26,304 nucleotides of DNA from a bacterium UBP18_UBA7526 (GCA_002478245.1 DLMW01000026.1:1-26304); one strand, 5' to 3'. Counted from the stretch's first letter, positions 1-8,706 are shown. The notes: generated by a model not told the origin, from the letters alone. Made by a program: numbers and translations.

Positions 1-91
1 CCGCTACCTTGCCTAGAATCTGTCCCCGCGCATCTATCAGATACCATTTCCTCTTAATATCCCTTTTCTTCGCAGAGTAGGTTCCTCTCAT
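1..91 (-). CDS. rplM: 50S ribosomal protein L13, N-terminal part (runs off the window start)
   Basis: Manual translation from ATG at 91: MRGTYSAKKRDIKRKWYLIDARGQILGKVA, matching the L13 N-terminus (W-x-x-x-D-A-x-G-x-x-L-G). SD-like AAGGAG upstream; truA-rplM synteny. Absent from the ORF track. Confidence 0.93.
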   Translation of the reverse strand, partial: MRGTYSAKKRDIKRKWYLIDARGQILGKVA

Positions 92-130
92 ATCCTTCTC
101 CTTGTGATTATAAGGTCGCCTTTCTACCAA

Positions 131-183
131 CCCTACCCCTTCATTAGAAGATATAGATATTATGGCACAATGAAGGGGCAGGG
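131..183. repeat. 15-bp inverted repeat overlapping the rplM promoter and leader
   Basis: 131-145 ccctaccccttcatt versus 169-183 aatgaaggggcaggg: 14/15 complementary, the mismatch being a G-U pair on the minus strand; 23-nt loop. Confidence 0.85.
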
Positions 184-187
184 TCAA
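159..187 (-). promoter_or_regulatory. Sigma70-type promoter for rplM
   Basis: Minus strand TTGACC-17 bp-CATAAT with TG one base upstream of the -10 box (extended -10). Confidence 0.7.
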
Positions 188-196
188 GTGAAACTT

Positions 197-958
197 TTAG
201 TATCTTACTCTTATAAGGTAGAGGCCTTGGGCAGGGGCGGTGGGGCCGGCTAGTCTGCGATCGTGGGCTCTCAGGATCTCTTCTACTTTGGAAGGGCTAA
301 TCTTCCCTTTTCCTACCTCAATTAAAGTGCCCACGATACTTCGCACCATTCCGTAGAGGAAACCGTCGGCTACACAATCGATAGAGATGAGTCTACTCTT
401 AGGTGAACGGTAACCCCGGTAAGGAGTTATCGTTAGTTTGGTGATGGTGCGGACTGGGTTTTGGGCGGTGGAGCCAGAGAGTTGAAAGGAAGAGAAATTG
501 TGTTTACCGATCAGATACTTTGCCCCTTCCTTTATAGCTTTTAGGTTAAGTCTATAGGGGATATAGAAGGCATAATTCCTTAGGAAGGGGGAAGGAGTGG
601 GGCCTTGGTAGATGATATATCTATAGTACTTACTTTTAGCATCGAATTGGGCCTGGAAATTATTCTTTGCTCGTTGGGCTTTTCTTATTACTATGTCTTT
701 GGGAAGCAGGCTATTTAAGGCCTTCTTGAATTCCTCTGGAGAGATCCTTTTCTTTGTCCTGAAGTTTGCCACCTGACCCAGAGCATGGACTCCGGCATCT
801 GTCCTTCCCGCCCCAATTACTCTAATCCTCTCCTTAGTAATCTTACTCAATGTATCTTCTAAGATTCCCTGTATGGTTTTCTTCTGGATCCTGGTTTGCC
901 TCTGCCACCCACTATAGTTCGTCCCTTCATATGCAATAGTAAGTCTTATATTCGGCAT
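197..958 (-). CDS. truA: tRNA pseudouridine(38-40) synthase
   Basis: IAYEGTNYSGWQ, GAGRTDAGVHALGQV (catalytic D), FLYGMVRSIVG, AGPTAPAQGLYL. Confidence 0.97.
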   Translation of the reverse strand: MPNIRLTIAYEGTNYSGWQRQTRIQKKTIQGILEDTLSKITKERIRVIGAGRTDAGVHALGQVANFRTKKRISPEEFKKALNSLLPKDIVIRKAQRAKNNFQAQFDAKSKYYRYIIYQGPTPSPFLRNYAFYIPYRLNLKAIKEGAKYLIGKHNFSSFQLSGSTAQNPVRTITKLTITPYRGYRSPKSRLISIDCVADGFLYGMVRSIVGTLIEVGKGKISPSKVEEILRAHDRRLAGPTAPAQGLYLIRVRY

Positions 959-974
959 GCTATCTCTTCCAATG

Positions 975-1001
975 AAAAAGCAGAAGCCTAAAGCTCCTGC
1001 T
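975..1001 (-). terminator. Candidate intrinsic terminator between asd and truA
   Basis: Minus strand AGCAGGAGC-TTTAG-GCTTCTGCT then TTTT: 9-bp stem with one G-U and a short U tract. Confidence 0.5.
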
Positions 1002-1029
1002 AGAGGTTGATCTTCCTTACTTTTGGTTT

Positions 1030-2049
1030 TTAAATCAGTTCCTTCTCAATCAAAAGTTCGGCGATCTGGATGGTGTTTAGGGCTGCTCCCTTCCTCAGGT
1101 TATCCGAGACCACCCAGAGGTTTAGACCATTTTCTATCGATTCGTCCTCTCGAATTCTACCCACGAAGGTTTCGTCCTTTCCTATAGCATCAATGGGGAT
1201 AGGATACTTCGCTTCTTTCGGATTATCAATAACCTTTACTCCCGGTGCTTGGGATAGTACCTCCTTTGCCTCTTGGGCGGTTAATTTTCTCTCTGTTTCG
1301 ATATTTATGGCCTCGGAGTGGCCGATATAGACCGGAACCCTCACGCAGGTAGCGGTGATCTGGATAGAATCGTCCTCCATAATCTTTCTCGTCTCGTTCA
1401 CCATCTTCATCTCTTCCTTGGTATAACCACTCTCTAGGAAGTCATCTATCTGAGGAATTACATTAAAAGCAATCTGACAAGGCAAAACTTGTTTGACGAT
1501 CTCACTTTCTTGCTTGCTAATTATTTCCTTTGTTTCCCTTTCGAGTTGCTCCATGGCCTCCCTTCCCCAGCCAGAGACAGACTGATAGGTAGAGACAACG
1601 ATCCTTTTAATCCGAGCCACATCGTGCAAGGGCTTTAAGACTACCACCATCTGGATAGTGGAGCAGTTGGGATTGGCGATGATTCCCTTATGCTTCCCTA
1701 AGGCAAGGGGATTTACTTCGGGAACAACCAAGGGAACCTCGGGATCCATCCTCCAGGCACTGGAATTATCCACGACCACTGTCTTTGCTTTGACAGCAAT
1801 GGGAGCGAACTTCTTACTGATCTCTGCCCCGATACTGAAGAGAGCGATATCTACATCCTTAAAGGAGCTAGAGGTCAGTTCTTCTACAATTACGTCTTTG
1901 TCCTTAAATTTCAATCTCTTTCCCGCTGATCTCGCAGATGCTAATAACTTAATCTCTTTAATGGGGAAGTTCCTCTCCTCCAATATCTTAATCATCTCCT
2001 GGCCAACAACGCCTGTTGCTCCCACCACTGCGGTGTGATATGTCTTCAT
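1030..2049 (-). CDS. asd: Aspartate-semialdehyde dehydrogenase
   Basis: VVGATGVVG, DNSSAWRM, IIANPNCST (catalytic C), STYQSVSG, DNLRKGAALN. Confidence 0.97.
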   Translation of the reverse strand: MKTYHTAVVGATGVVGQEMIKILEERNFPIKEIKLLASARSAGKRLKFKDKDVIVEELTSSSFKDVDIALFSIGAEISKKFAPIAVKAKTVVVDNSSAWRMDPEVPLVVPEVNPLALGKHKGIIANPNCSTIQMVVVLKPLHDVARIKRIVVSTYQSVSGWGREAMEQLERETKEIISKQESEIVKQVLPCQIAFNVIPQIDDFLESGYTKEEMKMVNETRKIMEDDSIQITATCVRVPVYIGHSEAINIETERKLTAQEAKEVLSQAPGVKVIDNPKEAKYPIPIDAIGKDETFVGRIREDESIENGLNLWVVSDNLRKGAALNTIQIAELLIEKELI

Positions 2050-2480
2050 TAAAAATCTCCTCTATCTTTTGCTTCAAAGTAATCTTCTAAAATCTCATTA
2101 TGGTCAAAGACTAAATCCTTTGGTATCTTTCCTCTTTTGAATACCCCAATCTCAGAGGCATCAGTAGATGCCTTTGGGGTTCCAGAAGCGGTAGCGACAA
2201 AGACTGTGGTTACGGTATGCCATCTGGGATCCCTATCTAAGGTAGAATAGGTATGAAGCTGTCCCTTTAGTTCCACATCTAAAGAGGTCTCCTCCTTCGC
2301 CTCTCTTAGGGCACAGTCCTCCAAACTCTCTCCATAATCTAAGAAGCCACCAGGGATGGCCCAGCCTACAGGAGGATTCTTCCTTTTGATTAAAACAATT
2401 CCTTTATTCTCTAACTCAATGATAATATCCGCGGTTATCCGCGGTTCTTTCTTGATCCTGGTTTTCTGTTTCCTGCTCAT
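2049..2480 (-). CDS. Nudix hydrolase (ADP-ribose pyrophosphatase-like)
   Basis: Nudix box [24 protein letters not shown]; RDPRWHT; FDH near the C-terminus. Confidence 0.9.
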   Translation of the reverse strand: MSRKQKTRIKKEPRITADIIIELENKGIVLIKRKNPPVGWAIPGGFLDYGESLEDCALREAKEETSLDVELKGQLHTYSTLDRDPRWHTVTTVFVATASGTPKASTDASEIGVFKRGKIPKDLVFDHNEILEDYFEAKDRGDF

Positions 2481-2501
2481 CCCTGCTTCTTGGTTCTAGT
2501 C
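2450..2501. repeat. Degenerate heptamer array spanning the Nudix start
   Basis: tcttgat cctggtt ttctgtt tcctgct (cat) ccctgct tcttggt tctagtc. Confidence 0.55.
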
Positions 2502-2712
2502 TTAGGAGCTAAATGACCCTGTTCTATTGCTTGGATGGACTTGGTCAACTTTTTCCCTAAAACATCATAATTGCTTAAAAGATATCCCCTTCGGGGATAC
2601 TTCCATAAATGACTCGGTTTCAAAGAGGGTATCCAGATGCTCTTTAAGTCTCATCCGCCAACTTATGTGCTATCTGGTAAATTTCTAGGTCCTGGCAACT
2701 TTGATATTTCAT
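2477..2712 (-). pseudogene. Four-helix-bundle protein (23S rRNA IVS protein / Avd-like, TIGR02436-type) remnant with internal deletion and frameshifts
   Basis: Three frames: MKYQSCQDLEIYQIAHKLADET* (from 2712), LKEHLDTLFETES (from 2648), YLLSNYDVLGKKLTKSIQAIEQGHL...* (2584-2477). These match the family N-terminus (DLEIYQxAHxL) and last helices; the middle is missing. Confidence 0.8.
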
Positions 2713-2735
2713 CTTTAATTTTTACAAGCATCCAG

Positions 2736-3794
2736 CTATACGAAACTGGCTACTAGGTCTCCCACTTGGCTTGTGGAGAGCCCCATCTTTCCTGCTCCTA
2801 AGTTCTTTATCTTTCCCGCACCTAAAGCCTTTATCATTGCTTCCTCAACCAATTGAGAACCTTTCTTCTCTCCCAGGGTCTCGAGCATCATCCCCCCGGC
2901 AGCAATGGTGGCTAAGGGACAGATGACGTTCCTTCCCGTATATTTGGGGGCCGAGCCATGGATGGGTTCGAACATAGAAACCCCTTGGGGATTGATATTC
3001 CCACCCGCAGCGATCCCCATCCCTCCCTGGATTATGGCTCCTAGATCAGTGATGATATCCCCGAACATATTACCAGTAACGATGACATCGAACCATTCGG
3101 GATTCTTCACCATCCACATGCAGATGGCATCCACATGGGCATAGTCCCTCTTGATATCCGGGTACTCCTTTTCCCCCATCTCATTAAATGCCCTATCCCA
3201 CAGGCCATAGACATTGGTCAGGACATTCGTCTTCCCACATAGTGTCACCTTCTTATCTTTATTCCTCTTCCGGGCATACTCAAAGGCGTATCTAAGGCAG
3301 CGATCTACTTCCTTCCTGGTATATCTCATCACCTGAGTGGCCACTTCCTCAGGGGTTCCCTTATTCCTTACCTCCCCCTCCCCCCGATAGAGACCAGCGG
3401 TATTCTCCCTTACTACCACAAAGTCGATATCCTCTGGTCCCTTATCCTTAATTGGGGTCTCAACCCCAGGGTAGAGCTTAACCGGCCTCAGGTTTACGTA
3501 CTGATCGAGATCAAATCTCAATTTAAGAAGAAGCCCCTTCTCCAGTATCCCTGGTTCAACATCCGGGTGGCCCACAGAGCCGAGATAGATGGCGTCCATC
3601 TTCCTTATCTCTTCTAAGGCAGAATCGGGCAAGACCTCACCCGTCCTCAGGTATCGTTCTCCACCAAAGTCATAGTCTATGAACTCGAACTCGATCTTCT
3701 CTTTCTGGGCAACCGCTTTAAGGACCTTTAGGCCTTCTCTTATTACCTCTGGTCCTACTCCATCACCAGGGATAACAGCGATCTTATACACCAC
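2736..3794 (-). CDS. leuB: 3-isopropylmalate dehydrogenase
   Basis: IAVIPGDGVGPEV, NLRP, VDA, NMFGDIITD, MFEPIHGSAP; leu operon context. Confidence 0.9.
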   Translation of the reverse strand: MVYKIAVIPGDGVGPEVIREGLKVLKAVAQKEKIEFEFIDYDFGGERYLRTGEVLPDSALEEIRKMDAIYLGSVGHPDVEPGILEKGLLLKLRFDLDQYVNLRPVKLYPGVETPIKDKGPEDIDFVVVRENTAGLYRGEGEVRNKGTPEEVATQVMRYTRKEVDRCLRYAFEYARKRNKDKKVTLCGKTNVLTNVYGLWDRAFNEMGEKEYPDIKRDYAHVDAICMWMVKNPEWFDVIVTGNMFGDIITDLGAIIQGGMGIAAGGNINPQGVSMFEPIHGSAPKYTGRNVICPLATIAAGGMMLETLGEKKGSQLVEEAMIKALGAGKIKNLGAGKMGLSTSQVGDLVASFV

Positions 3795-3812
3795 TGCCTC
3801 GCTCCTTTAAAA

Positions 3813-3941
3813 GTAGTAGGTAACAAGCAAAAAGTAAAAATTGATGAGGATATTTAAAAAATCGAAGTTTACCAGAAATCTAACTCTTTCAATTCCCTAA
3901 CGGGGTCTAGCGATTTCGTTTTTTTACTGATTACTGAATAG
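3813..3941. repeat. Inverted heptamer arrays bounding an 80-bp insert between leuD and leuB
   Basis: Left gtagtag gtaacaa gcaaaaa gtaaaaa (3813-3840); right tttttac tgattac tgaatag (3921-3941). 3833-3840 agtaaaaa and 3921-3928 tttttact are a perfect inverted pair. Confidence 0.6.
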
Positions 3942-4410
3942 AATTCATCAAGCCGCCAGAGGAGATTATTCTCTGAAGGAATTTTGGGAAGGGAGGGACA
4001 CGATAGAGTTTCTTTCTGGTAGTGTTTCTAATCTCCCCTTTACTTAAATCGATCTCCAAAATGTCGTTCTCTTTTGTTTCTCTGACAGCCTCTCTACTCT
4101 CCAGTATGGGTAGACCCATATTGATGCAGTTCCTGAAGAAGATGCGGGCAAAGGAGGAAGCGATGATACAGGAGACACCACAACCCTTTATGGCTAAGGG
4201 AGCGTGCTCCCGGGAACTACCACAGCCGAAGTTCTTTCCGGCAACAATAATGTCCCCGGGCGCTACCCTCCCCGCAAAATTCTTACTCCTTCCTTCCAGA
4301 CAGTGTTTGGCTAACTCTTCAGGATCAGTAGTCACTAGATACTTTGCGGGGATGATCTCATCAGTATTGACATCATCCCCGAACTTATGAACCCTTCCTT
4401 TGAGTCTCAC
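3931..4410 (-). CDS. leuD: 3-isopropylmalate dehydratase small subunit (short type)
   Basis: GDDVNTDEIIPAKYL, GKNFGCGSSREHAP, SFARIFFRNCINMGLP. Confidence 0.95.
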   Translation of the reverse strand: MRLKGRVHKFGDDVNTDEIIPAKYLVTTDPEELAKHCLEGRSKNFAGRVAPGDIIVAGKNFGCGSSREHAPLAIKGCGVSCIIASSFARIFFRNCINMGLPILESREAVRETKENDILEIDLSKGEIRNTTRKKLYRVPPFPKFLQRIISSGGLMNSIQ

Positions 4411-4626
4411 TTAATCGAATCTCTTCTCCTTTAAATGCTTCTCGATCTCATCCCTCATGAGGCTGACAAGCTCCTCATCCGTCTCTTTAATCTTCTTCCA
4501 GATCTTTTGACAGGATGGACAATCACTAGCATCCTCAATGCAGCGGTCATAGCGGACAAGTCCTCTGGACTTTATGGCTATGGCTGCGATCAGGTTGTAG
4601 TTAAGGTTCTTTAACATCCTTCTCAC
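4411..4626 (-). CDS. Small helical protein with CxxC motif, function unknown (start may be ATG 4617)
   Basis: 71 aa, host-like composition, DCPSCQKIW between predicted amphipathic helices; stop abuts the leuD GTG; G-rich SD-like sequence upstream. Confidence 0.75.
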   Translation of the reverse strand: MRRMLKNLNYNLIAAIAIKSRGLVRYDRCIEDASDCPSCQKIWKKIKETDEELVSLMRDEIEKHLKEKRFD

Positions 4627-4639
4627 CCCCTTTGTAATC

Positions 4640-4747
4640 AGTGAACAGTAATAATTGGTTTACGGTGAAAAGCGGTAAACCCCCTTAGAAAACTCAAAGA
4701 GCACGCACCCTTAATTAAAGATATAGGCGAAGTAGGGATAGTAACGC
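4640..4747 (+). repeat. 108-bp dispersed repeat, copy 1
   Basis: Aligns to 8707-8813 with 5 substitutions and one 1-nt indel. Confidence 0.97.
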
Positions 4748-4869
4748 CTAAGAGTAAAACTCTATGAAAAAGGGGTAAACAGTCCCGGATGAGGGACGGG
4801 CAGATTGAATAATAGTGGGGCAAGGAGAACGCACCGCTCAACCGTTAACCTTAAAGTAGCGCAGTTCAC
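4640..4869. other. Inverted-repeat-bounded structured intergenic element, long copy
   Basis: gtgaac (4641-4646) / gttcac (4864-4869) ends; 4657-4676 complementary to 4833-4850; internal hairpins at 4724-4750, 4751-4763 and 4782-4797. Confidence 0.7.
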
Positions 4870-4872
4870 CGA

Positions 4873-6150
4873 CTATTGATTGTGGACTTCATCTGGATGG
4901 GCAATCCTTCCTTTGATGGCGCTGGCAGCAGCTACTGCAGGATTAGAAAGATAGACCTCTGATCTGGGGTGGCCCATCCTGCCCACGAAGTTGCGGTTTG
5001 TGGTGGCCAGAGCCCTCTCTCCCTCTGCCAAGACCCCCATATGGCCACCGAGACAGGGGCCACAGGTAGGGGTGGAGACTACCCCCCCTGCCTCTAAGAA
5101 TATCTCGATCAATCCTTCTTTCACTGCCTGAAGATAGATATTCTGGGTAGCAGGGATAATAATGAGTCTTATATAAGAGGGGATCTTCTTTCCCTTCAAG
5201 ACTTGGGCAGCGATCCTTAAATCCTCCATCCTTCCATTGGTGCAGGAGCCGATGACCACCTGATCTAAAGGGATATCCCCTACCTCACTCACTGGTTGGG
5301 CATTGGAGGGAAGATGAGGGAGGGCAACCTGAGGGGCGATCTTTGAGCAATCGTATTCTCTTATCGCGCAATAGTGGGCATGGGGATCGCTGGTGGGCAG
5401 TGGACAGTGAACAGTGAACAGGGAACAGTGTTTCCTTGCATATTCGAGAGTGATTTTGTCAGGGGCAATGATCCCTGATTTTGCTCCAGCCTCGATGGCC
5501 ATGTTGCACATGGTGAATCTTGAATCCATGGAGAGATGAGAGATTACTTCTCCACTGAACTCCATGGCCTTATATGAGGCGCCATCTACTCCAATATCGC
5601 CAATAGTATAAAGGATGAGGTCTTTTCCGCTTACCCACTTATTTAATTTTCCCCAATAGATGAACTTTATCGTCTCTGGAACCTTGAACCAGAGCCTCCC
5701 AGTAATCATTACCGCTGCTAAGTCTGTCGAGCCCACACCAGTAGAAAAGGCTCCTAAGGCACCATAGGTACAGGTGTGGGAATCGGCACCGATGACCAAG
5801 TCCCCAGGCCTTACCAGGCCCTGCTCAGGCAGAAGAGCGTGCTCTATCCCCATCCTCCCCACATCGAAGTAATACTTGAGATTCTGCTCTTGGGCAAAAT
5901 CCCTTGATATCTTCACCTGTCGGGCTGAAGCAACATCCTTATTAGGGGTGAAGTGGTCAGCAACTAAGACCACTCTCTTATTGTCAAAGACCCTTTTCTT
6001 CCCAGATTTCCTAAACTCCTTTATGGCTAAGGGAGCAGTGATATCATTCCCTAAGGCGATGTCTACCCTGGCCTCGATGAACTCCCCCGGCTCCACTTTT
6101 TTCCTTCCCGCATGAGCCGCCAATATCTTCTCTGTTATGGTAAGACTCAT
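4873..6150 (-). CDS. leuC: 3-isopropylmalate dehydratase large subunit (short type)
   Basis: [49 protein letters not shown]. Confidence 0.95.
   Translation of the reverse strand: MSLTITEKILAAHAGRKKVEPGEFIEARVDIALGNDITAPLAIKEFRKSGKKRVFDNKRVVLVADHFTPNKDVASARQVKISRDFAQEQNLKYYFDVGRMGIEHALLPEQGLVRPGDLVIGADSHTCTYGALGAFSTGVGSTDLAAVMITGRLWFKVPETIKFIYWGKLNKWVSGKDLILYTIGDIGVDGASYKAMEFSGEVISHLSMDSRFTMCNMAIEAGAKSGIIAPDKITLEYARKHCSLFTVHCPLPTSDPHAHYCAIREYDCSKIAPQVALPHLPSNAQPVSEVGDIPLDQVVIGSCTNGRMEDLRIAAQVLKGKKIPSYIRLIIIPATQNIYLQAVKEGLIEIFLEAGGVVSTPTCGPCLGGHMGVLAEGERALATTNRNFVGRMGHPRSEVYLSNPAVAAASAIKGRIAHPDEVHNQ
5398..5430. repeat. Heptamer tandem array inside leuC
   Basis: cagtgga cagtgaa cagtgaa cagggaa cagtg, translated as [11 protein letters not shown]. 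Confidence 0.9.
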
Positions 6151-7664
6151 TATCTTCTTCTGTAGATTAAACGATTCAGGGCATTGAGATAGGCCTTGAC
6201 CGAGGCCTCAACGATATCTGTGGAAGCACCATGACCAGTGATGGTCTCTTTTCTGCTCTCTATCTTGACGATGACCTCTCCCAAGGCCTCCTTACCGCCG
6301 GTTACGCCCCTTAGAGCATAGTCCACTAACCTGCACTTTATCTTGGTAATCTTGTCTATGGCTTTATAGCAGGCATCCACCGGTCCATCACCCGTCGCCC
6401 TCTCCTCAAAGAGCTTCCCCTCTCTCTTTATTCTGATGCTTGCCTCTGGAGTAACCTTCGTCCCGCTTCTAACCTCCATATCCTCTAAGGTGAAGGTATC
6501 AGGAATCACATGGATCTCATCCTCAACGATGGCCTCCAGATCTCGATCGGTGACCTCCTTCTTCTTATCTGCCAATTCCTTAAATCTAACAAAGGCCTTA
6601 TTGAGATCCTCTTGAGAGAGCTCGGTATAGCCCAGTTCTTCCAGTCTCTTCCTGAAGGCATGCCTTCCCGAGTGCTTCCCTAAGACTAATTTGGTCTCTT
6701 TTATCCCTACAGATTGGGGAGTCATGATCTCATAGGTAATGGGCTTTGCCAATACCCCATGCTGATGGATCCCTGCCTCATGAGCAAAGGCATTGGCCCC
6801 CACGATGGCCTTGTTGGGTTGAACGGGAATCCCAGTGAGACTACTTACCAATCTTGAAGTCTTATAGATCTCCTTTGTCTTTATCCCGGTTACTTTATTA
6901 AAGATGTCTTTTCTGGTCCTCATGGCCATGACGATCTCCTCTAATGAGGCGTTCCCCGCTCTCTCTCCAATACCGTTTATGGTGCACTCCACCTGGGTAG
7001 CACCGTTCAAGATGGCGGATAGGGAGTTGGCTACTGCTAGGCCTAAGTCATTATGGCAGTGGACGCTAATTACCGCCTGGCCGATATTGGGAACCCCTTC
7101 TCTTATCCCTCTAATTAGCTTCCCGAATTCTACAGGAGTGGCATAGCCTACGGTATCCGGAATATTGACTGTCGTTGCTCCAGCAGCGATTACTGCTTCA
7201 ATTACCTGATGTAAGAATTTGGGCTCGGTCCTTGAGGCATCCTCTGGAGAGAATTCCACATCATCAGTAAGCTTCTTGGCATATTTTACCCCTTCTACAG
7301 CGAGCCTCAAGATCTCCTCCTTTGCCTTCTTCAGCTTATACTTCATGTGGATCTTTGAGGTGGCTAGGAAGACATGGATCCTGGGCTTTTGAGAATACTT
7401 CACCGCATCCCAGGCCCTCTTAATATCCTCCTTCGTTGCCCGTGCCAATCCAGCGATAATAGGACCTTTTACCTGTTGGGCAACGAGCTTTACTGCCTCA
7501 AAATCGCCAGGTGAAGAGATGGGGAAGCCGGCCTCAATGACATCCACCCCTAACTTAGCCAGCTGCCTTGCAATCTCCAACTTCTCCTGGATGTTCAGAC
7601 TCGCCCCTGGGGATTGCTCCCCATCCCTTAAGGTAGTGTCGAATATCAATATTTTCTCAACCAT
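6150..7664 (-). CDS. leuA: 2-isopropylmalate synthase
   Basis: [45 protein letters not shown]; C-terminal regulatory domain with GDGPVDA. Confidence 0.96.
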   Translation of the reverse strand: MVEKILIFDTTLRDGEQSPGASLNIQEKLEIARQLAKLGVDVIEAGFPISSPGDFEAVKLVAQQVKGPIIAGLARATKEDIKRAWDAVKYSQKPRIHVFLATSKIHMKYKLKKAKEEILRLAVEGVKYAKKLTDDVEFSPEDASRTEPKFLHQVIEAVIAAGATTVNIPDTVGYATPVEFGKLIRGIREGVPNIGQAVISVHCHNDLGLAVANSLSAILNGATQVECTINGIGERAGNASLEEIVMAMRTRKDIFNKVTGIKTKEIYKTSRLVSSLTGIPVQPNKAIVGANAFAHEAGIHQHGVLAKPITYEIMTPQSVGIKETKLVLGKHSGRHAFRKRLEELGYTELSQEDLNKAFVRFKELADKKKEVTDRDLEAIVEDEIHVIPDTFTLEDMEVRSGTKVTPEASIRIKREGKLFEERATGDGPVDACYKAIDKITKIKCRLVDYALRGVTGGKEALGEVIVKIESRKETITGHGASTDIVEASVKAYLNALNRLIYRRR

Positions 7665-7680
7665 CTTTATTCTCCTTTCG

Positions 7681-7699
7681 AACGCGAATTATTTGCGTT
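7681..7699. repeat. Imperfect palindrome, copy 2 of ACGCGAA-TTA-TTCGCGT
   Basis: aacgcgaa-tta-tttgcgtt overlapping the ilvC stop, just upstream of the leuA SD. Confidence 0.8.
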
Positions 7700-8684
7700 T
7701 TATGAAGGGCATCATGGCCCGCAGTTCCTTTCCCACCTTTTCGATGAGAAGTCCTTTTTCCTTCTCCCTTAATTCATTGAACTTAGGATAACCTGCCTTA
7801 CACTCTGCCATCCATTCCCGGGCAAAGGAGCCATCCTTTACCTCAGATAGTATCTTCTTCATCTCATCCCGAACCGTCTGACTTATAACCCTTTTGCCTC
7901 TGGTCAGGTCGCCATACTCTGCGGTATCTGAGACCGAGTACCTCATCCAGGTCAAGCCCCCCTCATAGATGAGATCAGTGATGAGCTTAAGTTCATGAAG
8001 GCACTCAAAGTAGGCGACCTCTGGCTGGTATCCGGCCTCTACTAGGGTAGCAAAAGCGGCCTTGATGAGTTCGCTCACTCCGCCACAGAGGATGACCTGT
8101 TCCCCGAAGAGGTCGGTCTCCGTCTCTTCAGCGAAGGTGGTCTCCAGAACTCCTGCCCGGGTGCAACCGATCCCTTTAGCATAGGCCAAGGCGATCTCCT
8201 TTGCCCTTCCCGTATAATCCTGCTCGATAGCCACCAAGGCCGGGGTCCCCTCTCCTAGAGTGAACATCCTCCTTACCAAGTGCCCAGGTCCTTTGGGAGC
8301 AACCATGAAGACATCGATATTCTTAGGAGGAAGGATCTCTTTGAACCGGATGTTGAAGCCATGGCTAAAGGCCAGGGCATCCCCTTCCTCCAGGTTGGGC
8401 TCAATATCCTTCTTATAGACCTCTCCCTGGATGGTATCGGGTATCAGGATCTGGATGATGTCTGCTTCCTTTGAGGCTTGCGCACAAGAAACTGGTTTAA
8501 AACCATGCTCTACTGCTAGTTGATAGTTATCCGTTCCTTCTACTTCACTCACAATAATATCCAATCCCGAATCCCTCAGGTTCTGGGCCTGAGCATGGCC
8601 CTGAGAACCATAGCCAATAATGGCAATCCTTCTCCCCTTCAATACCTCTAAATTGGCATCCTTCTCATAATAAACTTTTGCCAT
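7689..8684 (-). CDS. ilvC: Ketol-acid reductoisomerase
   Basis: [41 protein letters not shown]. Confidence 0.97.
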   Translation of the reverse strand: MAKVYYEKDANLEVLKGRRIAIIGYGSQGHAQAQNLRDSGLDIIVSEVEGTDNYQLAVEHGFKPVSCAQASKEADIIQILIPDTIQGEVYKKDIEPNLEEGDALAFSHGFNIRFKEILPPKNIDVFMVAPKGPGHLVRRMFTLGEGTPALVAIEQDYTGRAKEIALAYAKGIGCTRAGVLETTFAEETETDLFGEQVILCGGVSELIKAAFATLVEAGYQPEVAYFECLHELKLITDLIYEGGLTWMRYSVSDTAEYGDLTRGKRVISQTVRDEMKKILSEVKDGSFAREWMAECKAGYPKFNELREKEKGLLIEKVGKELRAMMPFIKRK

Positions 8685-8706
8685 CTTTGCGCCTCCCTTT
8701 GGTCGG

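Noticed and set aside
3391-3420. LeuB motif RENTAG instead of RENTEG
   Set aside because: This position varies in the family (G in RELTGG-type LeuB), so it does not indicate loss of function.
4660-4746. Minus-strand frame RYYPYFAYIFN*GCVLFEFSKGVYRFSP*, in which three inter-copy changes are synonymous
   Set aside because: Internal stops, an indel between copies and no recognisable family; the sample is too small. It remains a minor alternative to the RNA-structure reading.
4664-4749. Short resemblances to RNase P RNA (GGUGAAA, GGUAAAC, GUAACGCCU) and to the group I intron S element (AAGAUAUAG, 4718-4726)
   Set aside because: Motifs are in the wrong order, the RNase P GAGGAAAGUCC core is absent, and no P7 pairing can be formed.
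4638-4841. 67-aa minus-strand ORF inside the structured element
   Set aside because: Composition unlike the host genes, no SD, and the second copy is frameshifted and stops early in this frame.
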